A program made the translations under genes and the position numbers. From positions 7,596-71,595 of the forward strand of contig DATKGV010000012.1 of assembly GCA_035510575.1 (NCBI GenBank): DNA of 64,000 bases, read 5' to 3'. Below, in pieces: positions 55,541 to 64,000 of the stretch. The notes beneath the pieces were generated by a model. The model was not told where the DNA came from. It worked only from the letters and a program-made list of their open reading frames with translations, and did not search any database. The DNA is from Minisyncoccota bacterium (GTDB lineage Bacteria > Patescibacteriota > Minisyncoccia > Phycocordibacterales > UBA9973). How positions within the stretch are numbered: position 1 is the stretch's first letter; each line of letters opens with the position of its first letter.

Positions 55541-57355
55541 TTATTGTCCCTTATTTGATGTTTTTGCCTTTGAACGGCTTTGTTCAGTCAAGAACTTCTT
55601 GCGCAATCGTATATTTTTGGGGGTAATTTCAAGATATTCGTCATCCGCCATTATTTCAAGGCCCCTTTCAATGGACAGCTTGTAAGGCGGTTTGATTCTA
55701 ATGGCTTCGTCCGTGCCTGAAGAGCGCATATTTGAGAGCTGTTTGCCTTTTGTCGGATTGACTGCCATCTCGTCGCCTTTTGTAACATTGCCGATGACCA
55801 TGCCTTCATAAACTTCATCGCCATGCTCCACATACAAAATGCCTCTTTCCTGCAAAGTCCACAAGGAAAATGCAGCAACTTTGCCATTAACCATGGAAGT
55901 CATTGATCCGACATCACGCTTTTTTATTTCGCCGGCATAATCTCTGAATCCGATAAAACGAGAGGCGAGCATTCCTTCCCCTTTTGTGTCTATTATAAAT
56001 TGTCCGCGATATCCAAGCAATCCCCGAGTCGGAATTTCAATCAGCATTCTGGTAATTCCTTCTTTTTCATGCATATTGGTAATCGTTCCGCGGCGCGCCG
56101 CCAGCTTCTCAATCACAGAGCCGGCAAATTCATTTCTGACATCAATAGTAGCTTCCTCGTAAGGTTCCAGTTTTTTGCTATTCTCGTATTTTATAATGAC
56201 GTGGGGCTGGGAAACTTGAAGTTCAAATCCTTCGCGGCGCATATTTTCAAGCAGTATGGCGATATGCAATTCGCCGCGGCCGTACACAAGATAACCCTCT
56301 TGTATTTTCTCGGGATCGGATGTCTCAAAATTCACTTTTAATCCCACATTCACTTCAAGTTCTTTTTCCAGCCGCTCGCGTATTTGGCGGTTAGTGACAT
56401 ATTTGCCTTCTCGTCCGGCGAAAGGAGAATCATTCACCAAAAAATTAAGCGAAATTGTCGGCTCATCAATGGCAATAGATGGCAATGACGGCGTGTCAAT
56501 ATTGTCGCAAATAGTTTCTCCAATATAAACATCTGGAATTCCTGCAATCATGGCAATGTCTCCAGTAGTTAATATATCAATTTCTTTTCTATTTATGCCT
56601 TCAAAAGTAAACATTTTATTAATGCGAGTCGCGCGAGAACCTCCGGCATTATCTTTTACAATAATATTAGCTCCTGTTTTTATTGAACCGGCATAAGCGC
56701 GGACAATGGCCAAACGGCCCAAGAAATTATCATAACCCAGATTAAATACTTGAGCTTGAAAGGGCTTGTCAGAATTTACGGATGCTTCAGGCACAACTTC
56801 TAGAATTAAATCAAGAAGCGGAGTGAGATCTTTTGATTCATCCGTCAAATTATTTTTAGCAATTCCTTGCCGGCCGATCGCGTAGATAGTTTTAAAATTT
56901 ATTTGTTCATCGTTTGCTCCAAGCTCCATGAAAAGCTCCAGAACTTCTTCGTGCGTGCGGCTAGGATTGGCGGCCGGCTTGTCTATTTTATTTATGACGA
57001 CTATCGGCTTAAGCCCTAGTTCAAGTGACTTCTTCAAGACAAAGCGGGTCTGAGGCATCGGGCCTTCCTGAGCATCCACAAGCAGAAGCACGGAATCAAT
57101 GGCGCGAAGCACGCGCTCGACTTCAGAACCGAAATCGGCGTGCCCGGGAGTATCAACAATATTTATTTTGGTGCCTTTGTAATTGACCGAAGTATTCTTG
57201 GCGTAAATGGTGATGCCTCGCTCAAGCTCAATGGCGTTTGAATCCATAGTCGCGCCTTCTTCGCCTGCCATTCCGCATTGCTTCATTAATTGGTCGGTTA
57301 GTGTGGTTTTGCCATGGTCAACGTGGGCTATAATTGCTATATTTCTAATTTCCAT
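55541..57355 (-). CDS. typA: Translational GTPase TypA/BipA
   Basis: AHVDHGKTT, DTPGHADF, GRGELH, PTRGLLG. Confidence 0.97.
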   Translation of the reverse strand: MEIRNIAIIAHVDHGKTTLTDQLMKQCGMAGEEGATMDSNAIELERGITIYAKNTSVNYKGTKINIVDTPGHADFGSEVERVLRAIDSVLLLVDAQEGPMPQTRFVLKKSLELGLKPIVVINKIDKPAANPSRTHEEVLELFMELGANDEQINFKTIYAIGRQGIAKNNLTDESKDLTPLLDLILEVVPEASVNSDKPFQAQVFNLGYDNFLGRLAIVRAYAGSIKTGANIIVKDNAGGSRATRINKMFTFEGINRKEIDILTTGDIAMIAGIPDVYIGETICDNIDTPSLPSIAIDEPTISLNFLVNDSPFAGREGKYVTNRQIRERLEKELEVNVGLKVNFETSDPEKIQEGYLVYGRGELHIAILLENMRREGFELQVSQPHVIIKYENSKKLEPYEEATIDVRNEFAGSVIEKLAARRGTITNMHEKEGITRMLIEIPTRGLLGYRGQFIIDTKGEGMLASRFIGFRDYAGEIKKRDVGSMTSMVNGKVAAFSLWTLQERGILYVEHGDEVYEGMVIGNVTKGDEMAVNPTKGKQLSNMRSSGTDEAIRIKPPYKLSIERGLEIMADDEYLEITPKNIRLRKKFLTEQSRSKAKTSNKGQ

Positions 57356-57438
57356 AAAATAAAATCGCCCTCAGGCGTTTGTCTTAATACTGTATCATAT
57401 ATTTTATGAAATGTAAAATAAAAGCTAAAAAATTAATC

Positions 57439-59226
57439 TTAGTCGTATATTGGAATAGTTTTTATCATTCTATTTTGTTCAATTAAAATAATATTCTTAT
57501 CGTTTTTATCTATTTTATTATTATCATTCATTTCAAAAACATTAAAGCCAACCATGCCATTGTTGTAACAATACTTTTTGACATATTCATCAATAACTTT
57601 TGCCCCTAATATTTTGTCAGGAGTAATTTTATCTTCTATAAGAGATTCCGTTTGATACAAAGATGCTGCAAAAGTAACGGGAAGATTTGGATCAAGGATA
57701 AATTCTATCCTAGCATCTTTTTTATCTAAATTAAATACACTTTCTAACACATTTTTTTTAACAATAAGATCTTTTTTAGTTAAACTTTTTTCATATTTTT
57801 CTCGTCTTAATTTTTTGATCTGATTAAGTAAATCCATTTTATCTTGATCTTTTTCTATATCATCAAAAAAATCACAAGGAAATATCTCTTCATATTGCCA
57901 TGCATTATCTATCCAAATTTGCCCTTTTTCATTACCCTTTTTCTCTTTTCTTAATATTTTTAAACTCGAAGAAAATATATTTTTAGGGTCAATATAATTA
58001 TCACTCCATACATTAGAATCTACTAGTTTGGTAAATTTTTTTTCATATGATTCTTCATATTCTTCATTTGTTATCTGAAAAGGCTTAGTGGAGCTATTCG
58101 TATTAATATTATATATTTCAAAAACCATTTCTCTTTTTAATTTTTTAAAATTTTGCATTAGATTCTTAATTTCTGATACTAACTCACTCATTAATTTAGT
58201 GTCATAAGCATTTTCATCCCTTTTTTCTTCCATTGTTATACTACCTTTATATAAATTTAAAATAGAAACAGTATCTAAACTACCAGTTAGCATTTGAATA
58301 TCTGGACCTTCTCCCATTTTGTATTCTATTTTATTCTTTCTTTGTTCAATTATAGACAAAATGCCATATTTTATAATACTATCTAATTTACTTGTTGGAG
58401 AAAAATGTATGAAAAAATCCTTACTCTTTACTCCTTCAAAGATTTTTTTCTTATTAATTTCGTATTTTTCCTTAGCTTGTTCTGTAAGAATATTTCTTTT
58501 TTCAATAAATTTATTATCAATATTAGGTAGTTTTTTAATGATTTCATTTAAGTCGTATCCTGAATTTTGATTATAGGCATTGTCTGCTAATGTAAGAATT
58601 TCCGATTCATTAAATTCCAAACCAAACTCACTAGAGAGCTTATTTAAAAAACATACATCTCCATTATTAACAACTAATTTTTTAATTTTTTCTAGTAAAT
58701 CTCCAGAAATACCCAAATAAGCAAGAACTTCTATTATTCTGTAAGATTTTATATAATCTTTATTTTTTAGAAAAAATGACAATTCGTTAAACAACTCTTC
58801 TTTTTTTATTTCGGGAATTAATTCGCTTATCAAAAGTTGTTCCTTAGAAGAAAAAGTAGATTTTTTTAGCATATCTCCAGAAGAATTTTTTCTTAAAATT
58901 TGTTGAACTCTAAAAATAGTCACAAAATCAGTGCCATTTTCTTTTTCTCTCAAATTTTTTCTTAAAATCTCAAGTCCTCTTTCAATATCATCTCCACCTG
59001 GATTTTCTAATGAATATGAGTGAATCTCTTGTTGTATTTCAGGAATTAAATATTTATATTCCTCATAAAATCTTCTTTGTTCAATTAATTCTTTTCCCTC
59101 CTTATATTCATTTTTTTCTTGTTCCTTACTCAAATATTCCTGAGCTTTTTCAGGATTAGTTTTACGAATCTCTTTCAAATCTTTAGCAAGATTGTCACGG
59201 TAATTTGAATGATTAAATTCTTTCAT
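57439..59226 (-). CDS. Large AT-rich hypothetical protein with putative ADP-ribosyltransferase-like motifs
   Basis: FIHFSPTSKLDSIIKYGILS ... TESLIEDKITPDKILG. Confidence 0.5.
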   Translation of the reverse strand: MKEFNHSNYRDNLAKDLKEIRKTNPEKAQEYLSKEQEKNEYKEGKELIEQRRFYEEYKYLIPEIQQEIHSYSLENPGGDDIERGLEILRKNLREKENGTDFVTIFRVQQILRKNSSGDMLKKSTFSSKEQLLISELIPEIKKEELFNELSFFLKNKDYIKSYRIIEVLAYLGISGDLLEKIKKLVVNNGDVCFLNKLSSEFGLEFNESEILTLADNAYNQNSGYDLNEIIKKLPNIDNKFIEKRNILTEQAKEKYEINKKKIFEGVKSKDFFIHFSPTSKLDSIIKYGILSIIEQRKNKIEYKMGEGPDIQMLTGSLDTVSILNLYKGSITMEEKRDENAYDTKLMSELVSEIKNLMQNFKKLKREMVFEIYNINTNSSTKPFQITNEEYEESYEKKFTKLVDSNVWSDNYIDPKNIFSSSLKILRKEKKGNEKGQIWIDNAWQYEEIFPCDFFDDIEKDQDKMDLLNQIKKLRREKYEKSLTKKDLIVKKNVLESVFNLDKKDARIEFILDPNLPVTFAASLYQTESLIEDKITPDKILGAKVIDEYVKKYCYNNGMVGFNVFEMNDNNKIDKNDKNIILIEQNRMIKTIPIYD

Positions 59227-59296
59227 ATATAGTTCTATGATAGCATTTTTTAGGTAAAAATGCTATAGGTTTTTTTGATTTTAAAAATCAAAAGTT

Positions 59297-60412
59297 TTAA
59301 AATAACTTTACAATATCATGGAATGTAATAACAGCCATAAGTAACATTAATAGACCAAAGCCAATCATATTAGCAAGATTAGCAATTTCAGGTTTAATAC
59401 GAGAACCTTTGATTTTTTCTATTAGAAGGAATAATAATCTACCTCCATCTAATGCTGGAAATGGAATTAAGTTTATAACAGCAAGATTGATAGATATAAG
59501 AGCCGTGAATGACAACAAATAAATAAATCCAAATTTTGCCGCATCTCCTACCACACCTACAATACCTACAGGTCCACTAATCGCAGATAAATTGCCGTGA
59601 CCAGTTAATCCATCATGAATCAATGTATAAAATCCTTTTATGGTTCCAATAAAAATATCTGATGATAATTTTAATCCTTCCCATACAGCTTTATGAATCG
59701 GAAGCTTGAGTGTGCCTATAACATCCATACTTATACCAATCATTGGAGTATTACTTGTTTTATTAATTTCTGGAATAACATTGAATTGTTTTAATTCTTT
59801 AGCGCGAACGACAGATATATTTATATTTTCTCCACCATGTCTTTTAACAAAATATTGAACACTCTCAGCAGATGGAGTCTCAGTCATATCTTTACCTGAT
59901 TCAAGTAGAATAATTTTATCACCAATTTTTAATCCTGCTTTTTCTGCTGGACTTCCAGATGCCAAACTAATGATAGTTAATGATTCATTAGCAAGTATAG
60001 ATCCAGTAGGGGTCGCACCAGATGAAGTTGGAAGTCCTGACATAAAACCAATAGAGAGCAGAAGCCATGCTACAAGAAAGTTCATTACTACACCAGCTAA
60101 AAGCACCATGGCTTGTATATACCTAGGTTTATGCATAAAGCTTCTTGCTTGATCAGACTCAGTTGTCACTTTTTCACTATTTTGCCCAGGAAAATCATCT
60201 GAACCTTGACCGTAAATTTTCACATAACCACCAAAAGGCAATGCGTTAAATTTATATGTTGTTTCCCCTCTTTTAATTCCAAAAAGTTTAGGTGGAAAAC
60301 CAAAAGAAAATTCATCTACACGAATTCCTGATTTCTTAGCGACAATAAAATGCCCAAATTCATGGGACACCACAAGCACTAATAAAATTATTAGGAATAT
60401 AATTACACTCAT
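59297..60412 (-). CDS. rseP: RIP metalloprotease RseP
   Basis: HEFGH, GGYVKI, PDZ domain, NLIPFPALDGG. Confidence 0.95.
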   Translation of the reverse strand: MSVIIFLIILLVLVVSHEFGHFIVAKKSGIRVDEFSFGFPPKLFGIKRGETTYKFNALPFGGYVKIYGQGSDDFPGQNSEKVTTESDQARSFMHKPRYIQAMVLLAGVVMNFLVAWLLLSIGFMSGLPTSSGATPTGSILANESLTIISLASGSPAEKAGLKIGDKIILLESGKDMTETPSAESVQYFVKRHGGENINISVVRAKELKQFNVIPEINKTSNTPMIGISMDVIGTLKLPIHKAVWEGLKLSSDIFIGTIKGFYTLIHDGLTGHGNLSAISGPVGIVGVVGDAAKFGFIYLLSFTALISINLAVINLIPFPALDGGRLLFLLIEKIKGSRIKPEIANLANMIGFGLLMLLMAVITFHDIVKLF

Positions 60413-60415
60413 TTT

Positions 60416-60949
60416 TTAATTCATTATATCAGTTTCTTTTTTAGTAAATATCGCTTCAAGATTATTATTTGATTCATCAACAAGTTTTTGAATATCTTCT
60501 TTGCCTCGTTTAACTTCATCTTCAGGTAAATCGGAAAGCTTATCTATCTCTACTTGTCGCTCTTTACGAACGCTTATGCGAGCATCTTCTAATTTCTCTT
60601 TCAAAATTTTTGTAAGTTTTGTACGATTCTCAGTCGTTAGCATTGGAAATATAACTCTAACTCCATCACTATCAGACGCTACAGACAATCCTAGATTAGC
60701 CGAAGAAATGGCACTTTCAATATCTTTAATTTGATTTTTGTCCCATGGAGCGACACGAAGAGTTTTTGGATCTTCCAAGTTTATACTCGCAACATTCTTA
60801 ATAGGCATTCTTGCGCCATAGCTTTCAATCATAATACTATCAAGTATCATAGGTGTTGCCCTACCGGTATGAATCTGCGAATACTCTTTAGAGAGCCATT
60901 CTTCTATTTTCTTTAATTCTATTTTTAAATTTGATGTGTTGTAACTCAT
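60416..60949 (-). CDS. frr: Ribosome recycling factor
   Basis: IHTGRATP, PWDK, ARISVR. Confidence 0.95.
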   Translation of the reverse strand: MSYNTSNLKIELKKIEEWLSKEYSQIHTGRATPMILDSIMIESYGARMPIKNVASINLEDPKTLRVAPWDKNQIKDIESAISSANLGLSVASDSDGVRVIFPMLTTENRTKLTKILKEKLEDARISVRKERQVEIDKLSDLPEDEVKRGKEDIQKLVDESNNNLEAIFTKKETDIMN

Positions 60950-60958
60950 AGGTTTCTA

Positions 60959-61654
60959 TTATAGCACAAGAGCGATATGTTCTAAAATCATTTTAACTGA
61001 TGAACCAGGAAGACTTAGAAAATCTCTACCCTTTTGTAATTCGCCAAGAATAAATTGAGATTCTTTATTATTTTTATCTTTTTTCCATTTATTATAAATA
61101 ATGAGTTCAATTTCGTTTATTATTTTCGTGGCATCATGTCTTAATTTACCACTACTTTCTTCATCTTTATATTCTTTTATTATTTTAGCGATAATATCTA
61201 TACGATCCTTAGGTGTTGCTAAAATAATTTCTTTAGAAATTTTTTTAAATGAATCATCTTCATTTAGTGTTTTAATAACATGCACTCGCGATAATATAGT
61301 ATCTAATAATAAAGAAGGATTCGGTATTATAATAAAGAAATGATTATTAATTGCTGGTTCTTCAAGAATTTTCAAAAGAGAACGTTCAGCTTCGGCATTT
61401 ATAAACTTCACGCCGATAATACAAATCTTCTTTTCATTAGTTGTTTTCTTTTCACTGTGCCATTCTTTTATCTTTCTACTATCATTTATAGTGAATGAAT
61501 CATAAATTTGGAAAAATATGTCAGGATTTTGAGTTTTAATATATTTATTTTTCTTTAAAAATTCTAATAGTTCAAATGGCGCCGTTTCAGGATTACCTAG
61601 AATGACATAGCTATGATATAGATTTTTAGGAAATAAGTTATCAAAAATATTCAT
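60959..61654 (-). CDS. holB: DNA polymerase III delta-prime-like subunit
   Basis: AERSLLKILEEP, LLDTILSR. Confidence 0.8.
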   Translation of the reverse strand: MNIFDNLFPKNLYHSYVILGNPETAPFELLEFLKKNKYIKTQNPDIFFQIYDSFTINDSRKIKEWHSEKKTTNEKKICIIGVKFINAEAERSLLKILEEPAINNHFFIIIPNPSLLLDTILSRVHVIKTLNEDDSFKKISKEIILATPKDRIDIIAKIIKEYKDEESSGKLRHDATKIINEIELIIYNKWKKDKNNKESQFILGELQKGRDFLSLPGSSVKMILEHIALVL

Positions 61655-61660
61655 AATATT

Positions 61661-63358
61661 TTATTTCAAATATTCTGGCGCATAGACACTTATATAATCC
61701 ACTACTTCACTCATAACTTGCGTGGCATTACCCGATGCCGATTTTGGACCTTTCTCCATTAACACTGCAAAAGAATATTTAGGATTATCATAAGGGAAAA
61801 ATCCAACTATCCAAGAGTTCGTATTTGTATTACCAAGACCAATCTGCGCCGTACCAGATTTCGCCGCAACTTTGACAAAAGGGAGGTTGAGCGCTGTCGC
61901 AGTGCCAGATGTCACAGCCTGTCTCATGCCATCTTGGATAACTTTCATCATATCTTGATTAACAGGAATAGTTATTTTTTTTGTATCAAAACTTGTATCA
62001 TTCAAACGAACATGAGGGACAGGAATTATTCCATTATCTGCTATACCAGCAACTGCGCGAGCCATCTGAAGCGGAGTTACTTGAAATCCGTACTGGCCAA
62101 TGGCAGTATTGTAAGTGTCGCCGACTCTCCATGGATCGCCTTTGAATGTTTTTATCTTCCAGTCAGGCGTTGGAATAATTCCAGATTTCTCGCCTGGAAG
62201 ATCAATGCCAGTTTTAATAGATATGCCGAACATCTGCGCATACTTGTCAATATTAACAATGCCCAAGCCATTCTGATCTTGATAGCCGCCGCCTATCTCG
62301 TAAAAATAAACATCCGATGAAATTGCAATCGCTTTTTGCATATCAACATATCCGAATGAGCCGTGATCTTTAAATATTGATTTCTTGTCTGGAAAATACG
62401 GATTAGGTATTGAAATGGATCCGTTGGCAAAAATTTGCTTGAACGGAGTGATGATATTTTCAACAAGAGCGGCATAGCCGATAAACGGCTTGACGATGGA
62501 ACCCGGAGTATAAAGTCCTGAAATAGGCCGATTAAGAAATACTTTGCGCTTGTCTGAAAAATAGCTATTGATGGTTTTAGCGTCCTCGCCGGCTGAAATT
62601 ATATTAGGATTGTATTCTGGATAGCTTGCAATGGTCAGCAGTTCCCCGGTTTTTATATCCATAATAACTCCAGCTCCGCCGGAAAATGACGAGACATGCG
62701 CCATCGAAGCTATGGAATTGTACATTTTTTGCTGGATTTTGGAATCTATTGACAGCTTGATATTGCCTCCGGATACGGGATTAGACACAACATTGTCGGA
62801 TTGAATCACTCCATTGACGTCGGTTTCCGATATGTGCACGCCGTTGGCGCCGGTCAGAGCGGCATTATAAGATTTTTCAACGCCGTCCTTTCCTATGAAA
62901 TTATCCTGCCAATAATTCCCCAATGAATCTTTTGCCGGCTGGCTGATATATCCGAGCAATAATCCGAACCCGGACTCATTTATGTAAGATCTCTGGGGCG
63001 GCGAGAATTTATTTATATTTTCTTTATCCCACGTATTCCATGCAAGCAAAACGTCTTTGCGGTCATAAATCAAGCCTCGATCGGCAAAAATCGGCTGCTT
63101 GGACAAAGTATTATTTTCGCTTTTCTTGAAATACGCTTCTCCGTGTATTATTTGAAGATTGCCTATTTTCCATAAGAATATGAGCGCCGCCGCCATAAAA
63201 AACAAGCCAAGCAGAAAAATTGAATTCTTGGGAATCGCTTTTTCCAATCTGCCCTCAAATTGCTGAGTATTGAAATTAGGCAAATTCTTGGAATCAAGAA
63301 AGGTCTCATCCGGATCAATGTCTTTTTTTATAAGTTTGTGATTAATGCGGAATTTCAT
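61661..63358 (-). CDS. mrdA: Class B penicillin-binding protein 2
   Basis: RGLIYDR, GKDGVE, PGSIVK, SSDVYFY, KSGTAQ. Confidence 0.9.
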   Translation of the reverse strand: MKFRINHKLIKKDIDPDETFLDSKNLPNFNTQQFEGRLEKAIPKNSIFLLGLFFMAAALIFLWKIGNLQIIHGEAYFKKSENNTLSKQPIFADRGLIYDRKDVLLAWNTWDKENINKFSPPQRSYINESGFGLLLGYISQPAKDSLGNYWQDNFIGKDGVEKSYNAALTGANGVHISETDVNGVIQSDNVVSNPVSGGNIKLSIDSKIQQKMYNSIASMAHVSSFSGGAGVIMDIKTGELLTIASYPEYNPNIISAGEDAKTINSYFSDKRKVFLNRPISGLYTPGSIVKPFIGYAALVENIITPFKQIFANGSISIPNPYFPDKKSIFKDHGSFGYVDMQKAIAISSDVYFYEIGGGYQDQNGLGIVNIDKYAQMFGISIKTGIDLPGEKSGIIPTPDWKIKTFKGDPWRVGDTYNTAIGQYGFQVTPLQMARAVAGIADNGIIPVPHVRLNDTSFDTKKITIPVNQDMMKVIQDGMRQAVTSGTATALNLPFVKVAAKSGTAQIGLGNTNTNSWIVGFFPYDNPKYSFAVLMEKGPKSASGNATQVMSEVVDYISVYAPEYLK

Positions 63359-63620
63359 TTTTATATAGGATGATATGGCGGCGAATAAATTGGATACTAA
63401 TATATATTATGAATATAATCAATGTAAACCACAGGGGCGATGATATAAAGCCATGCCCCGGCACAACATATATAGAATGCATAATGATGCCGACTGCTAT
63501 GAATTCATAAAATTGAGCAAAGATAAAAATGCCGGCAAGACCTAAGATAGCGGTAATCCACCAAGGCAGAAGAAATATGGAAAGAAATAATATGACGTCA
63601 AAAGCAATTCTTTTTATCAT
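63342..63620 (-). CDS. Small multi-TM protein upstream of mrdA (MreD-like position)
   Basis: 92 aa, highly hydrophobic. Confidence 0.65.
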   Translation of the reverse strand: MIKRIAFDVILFLSIFLLPWWITAILGLAGIFIFAQFYEFIAVGIIMHSIYVVPGHGFISSPLWFTLIIFIIYISIQFIRRHIILYKNEIPH

Positions 63621-63671
63621 AAAGCTAATTATACGTCAAAGACCTAAACTTCACCAGTAATCAATTAATAA

Positions 63672-64000
63672 TTATCTGTTACTAATTTTACGATAAATGG
63701 AACGGGTAATTAGAAAAATAATTACTACTAGTAATCCATAGAAAACAATTTTATTTCCGAGAATAAAAGCTAAAGCGGTTAGTAAGAAAAGTTTTATATA
63801 TGTTATTGGTTTTTGGGTTGCATCCAATGGTTTGGATATTGTTTGGGATGAAACTGAGGAATTTAATTCTTTTTGTGTTGCAATTTTTGCGTTATTTACT
63901 TTGACATAATTGCTATCGCGAAAATTATCAACAACACCCAAACTATTTGATATAGGTTCGCTTATTGAAGTGGGTAAAACATCATTTATTTTAGAACTAA
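63672..64000 (-). CDS. Hypothetical protein with C-terminal TM segments, 5' end beyond the window
   Basis: Frame remains open from 63941 to the window end. Confidence 0.65.
   Translation of the reverse strand, partial: SSKINDVLPTSISEPISNSLGVVDNFRDSNYVKVNNAKIATQKELNSSVSSQTISKPLDATQKPITYIKLFLLTALAFILGNKIVFYGLLVVIIFLITRSIYRKISNR

Noticed and set aside
289-62475. Many 60-160 aa ORFs antisense to or overlapping recognised genes in the ORF track
   Set aside because: These are shadow frames of conserved genes, with no motifs or independent expression signals.

Overview
This window looks like the chromosome of a reduced-genome Patescibacteria (CPR, Parcubacteria-like) bacterium using genetic code 11. 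The taxonomy is inferred from the short AlaRS, AspRS and L13, CPR-typical hypothetical families, and scarce Shine-Dalgarno sites. Most of the window is housekeeping: gap, gatB, tRNA-Leu, gltX, murG/ftsW/mraY, scpAB, aspS, trpS, dnaB, recR, cysS, dnaK/dnaJ/grpE, the alpha ribosomal operon, alaS, mnmA, mltG, typA, rseP, frr and mrdA. Accessory content: (1) the edge of a phage/ICE-like replication-recombination module at 1-2340. (2) A REP-associated (Y1/HUH) tyrosine transposase with four cognate palindromes that also bracket a frameshifted comB-like gene. (3) A complete aspartate-semialdehyde-dependent spermidine pathway (SpeA-like, SpeB, LysC, Asd, CASDH, NspC). (4) Two long Cys-rich paralogues. 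(5) A putative ADP-ribosyltransferase-fold protein. The most striking signal is a set of several unrelated families of short palindromes, many lying in frame inside genes (recR, nspC, grpE, rpoA, lysC, mnmA twice, a PaaX-like gene and the transposase itself). A pervasive -10 box 6-9 nt before ATG suggests leaderless genes and reveals an unlisted 30-aa pilin-like ORF. All protein calls come from motif recognition by eye; no database searches were run.
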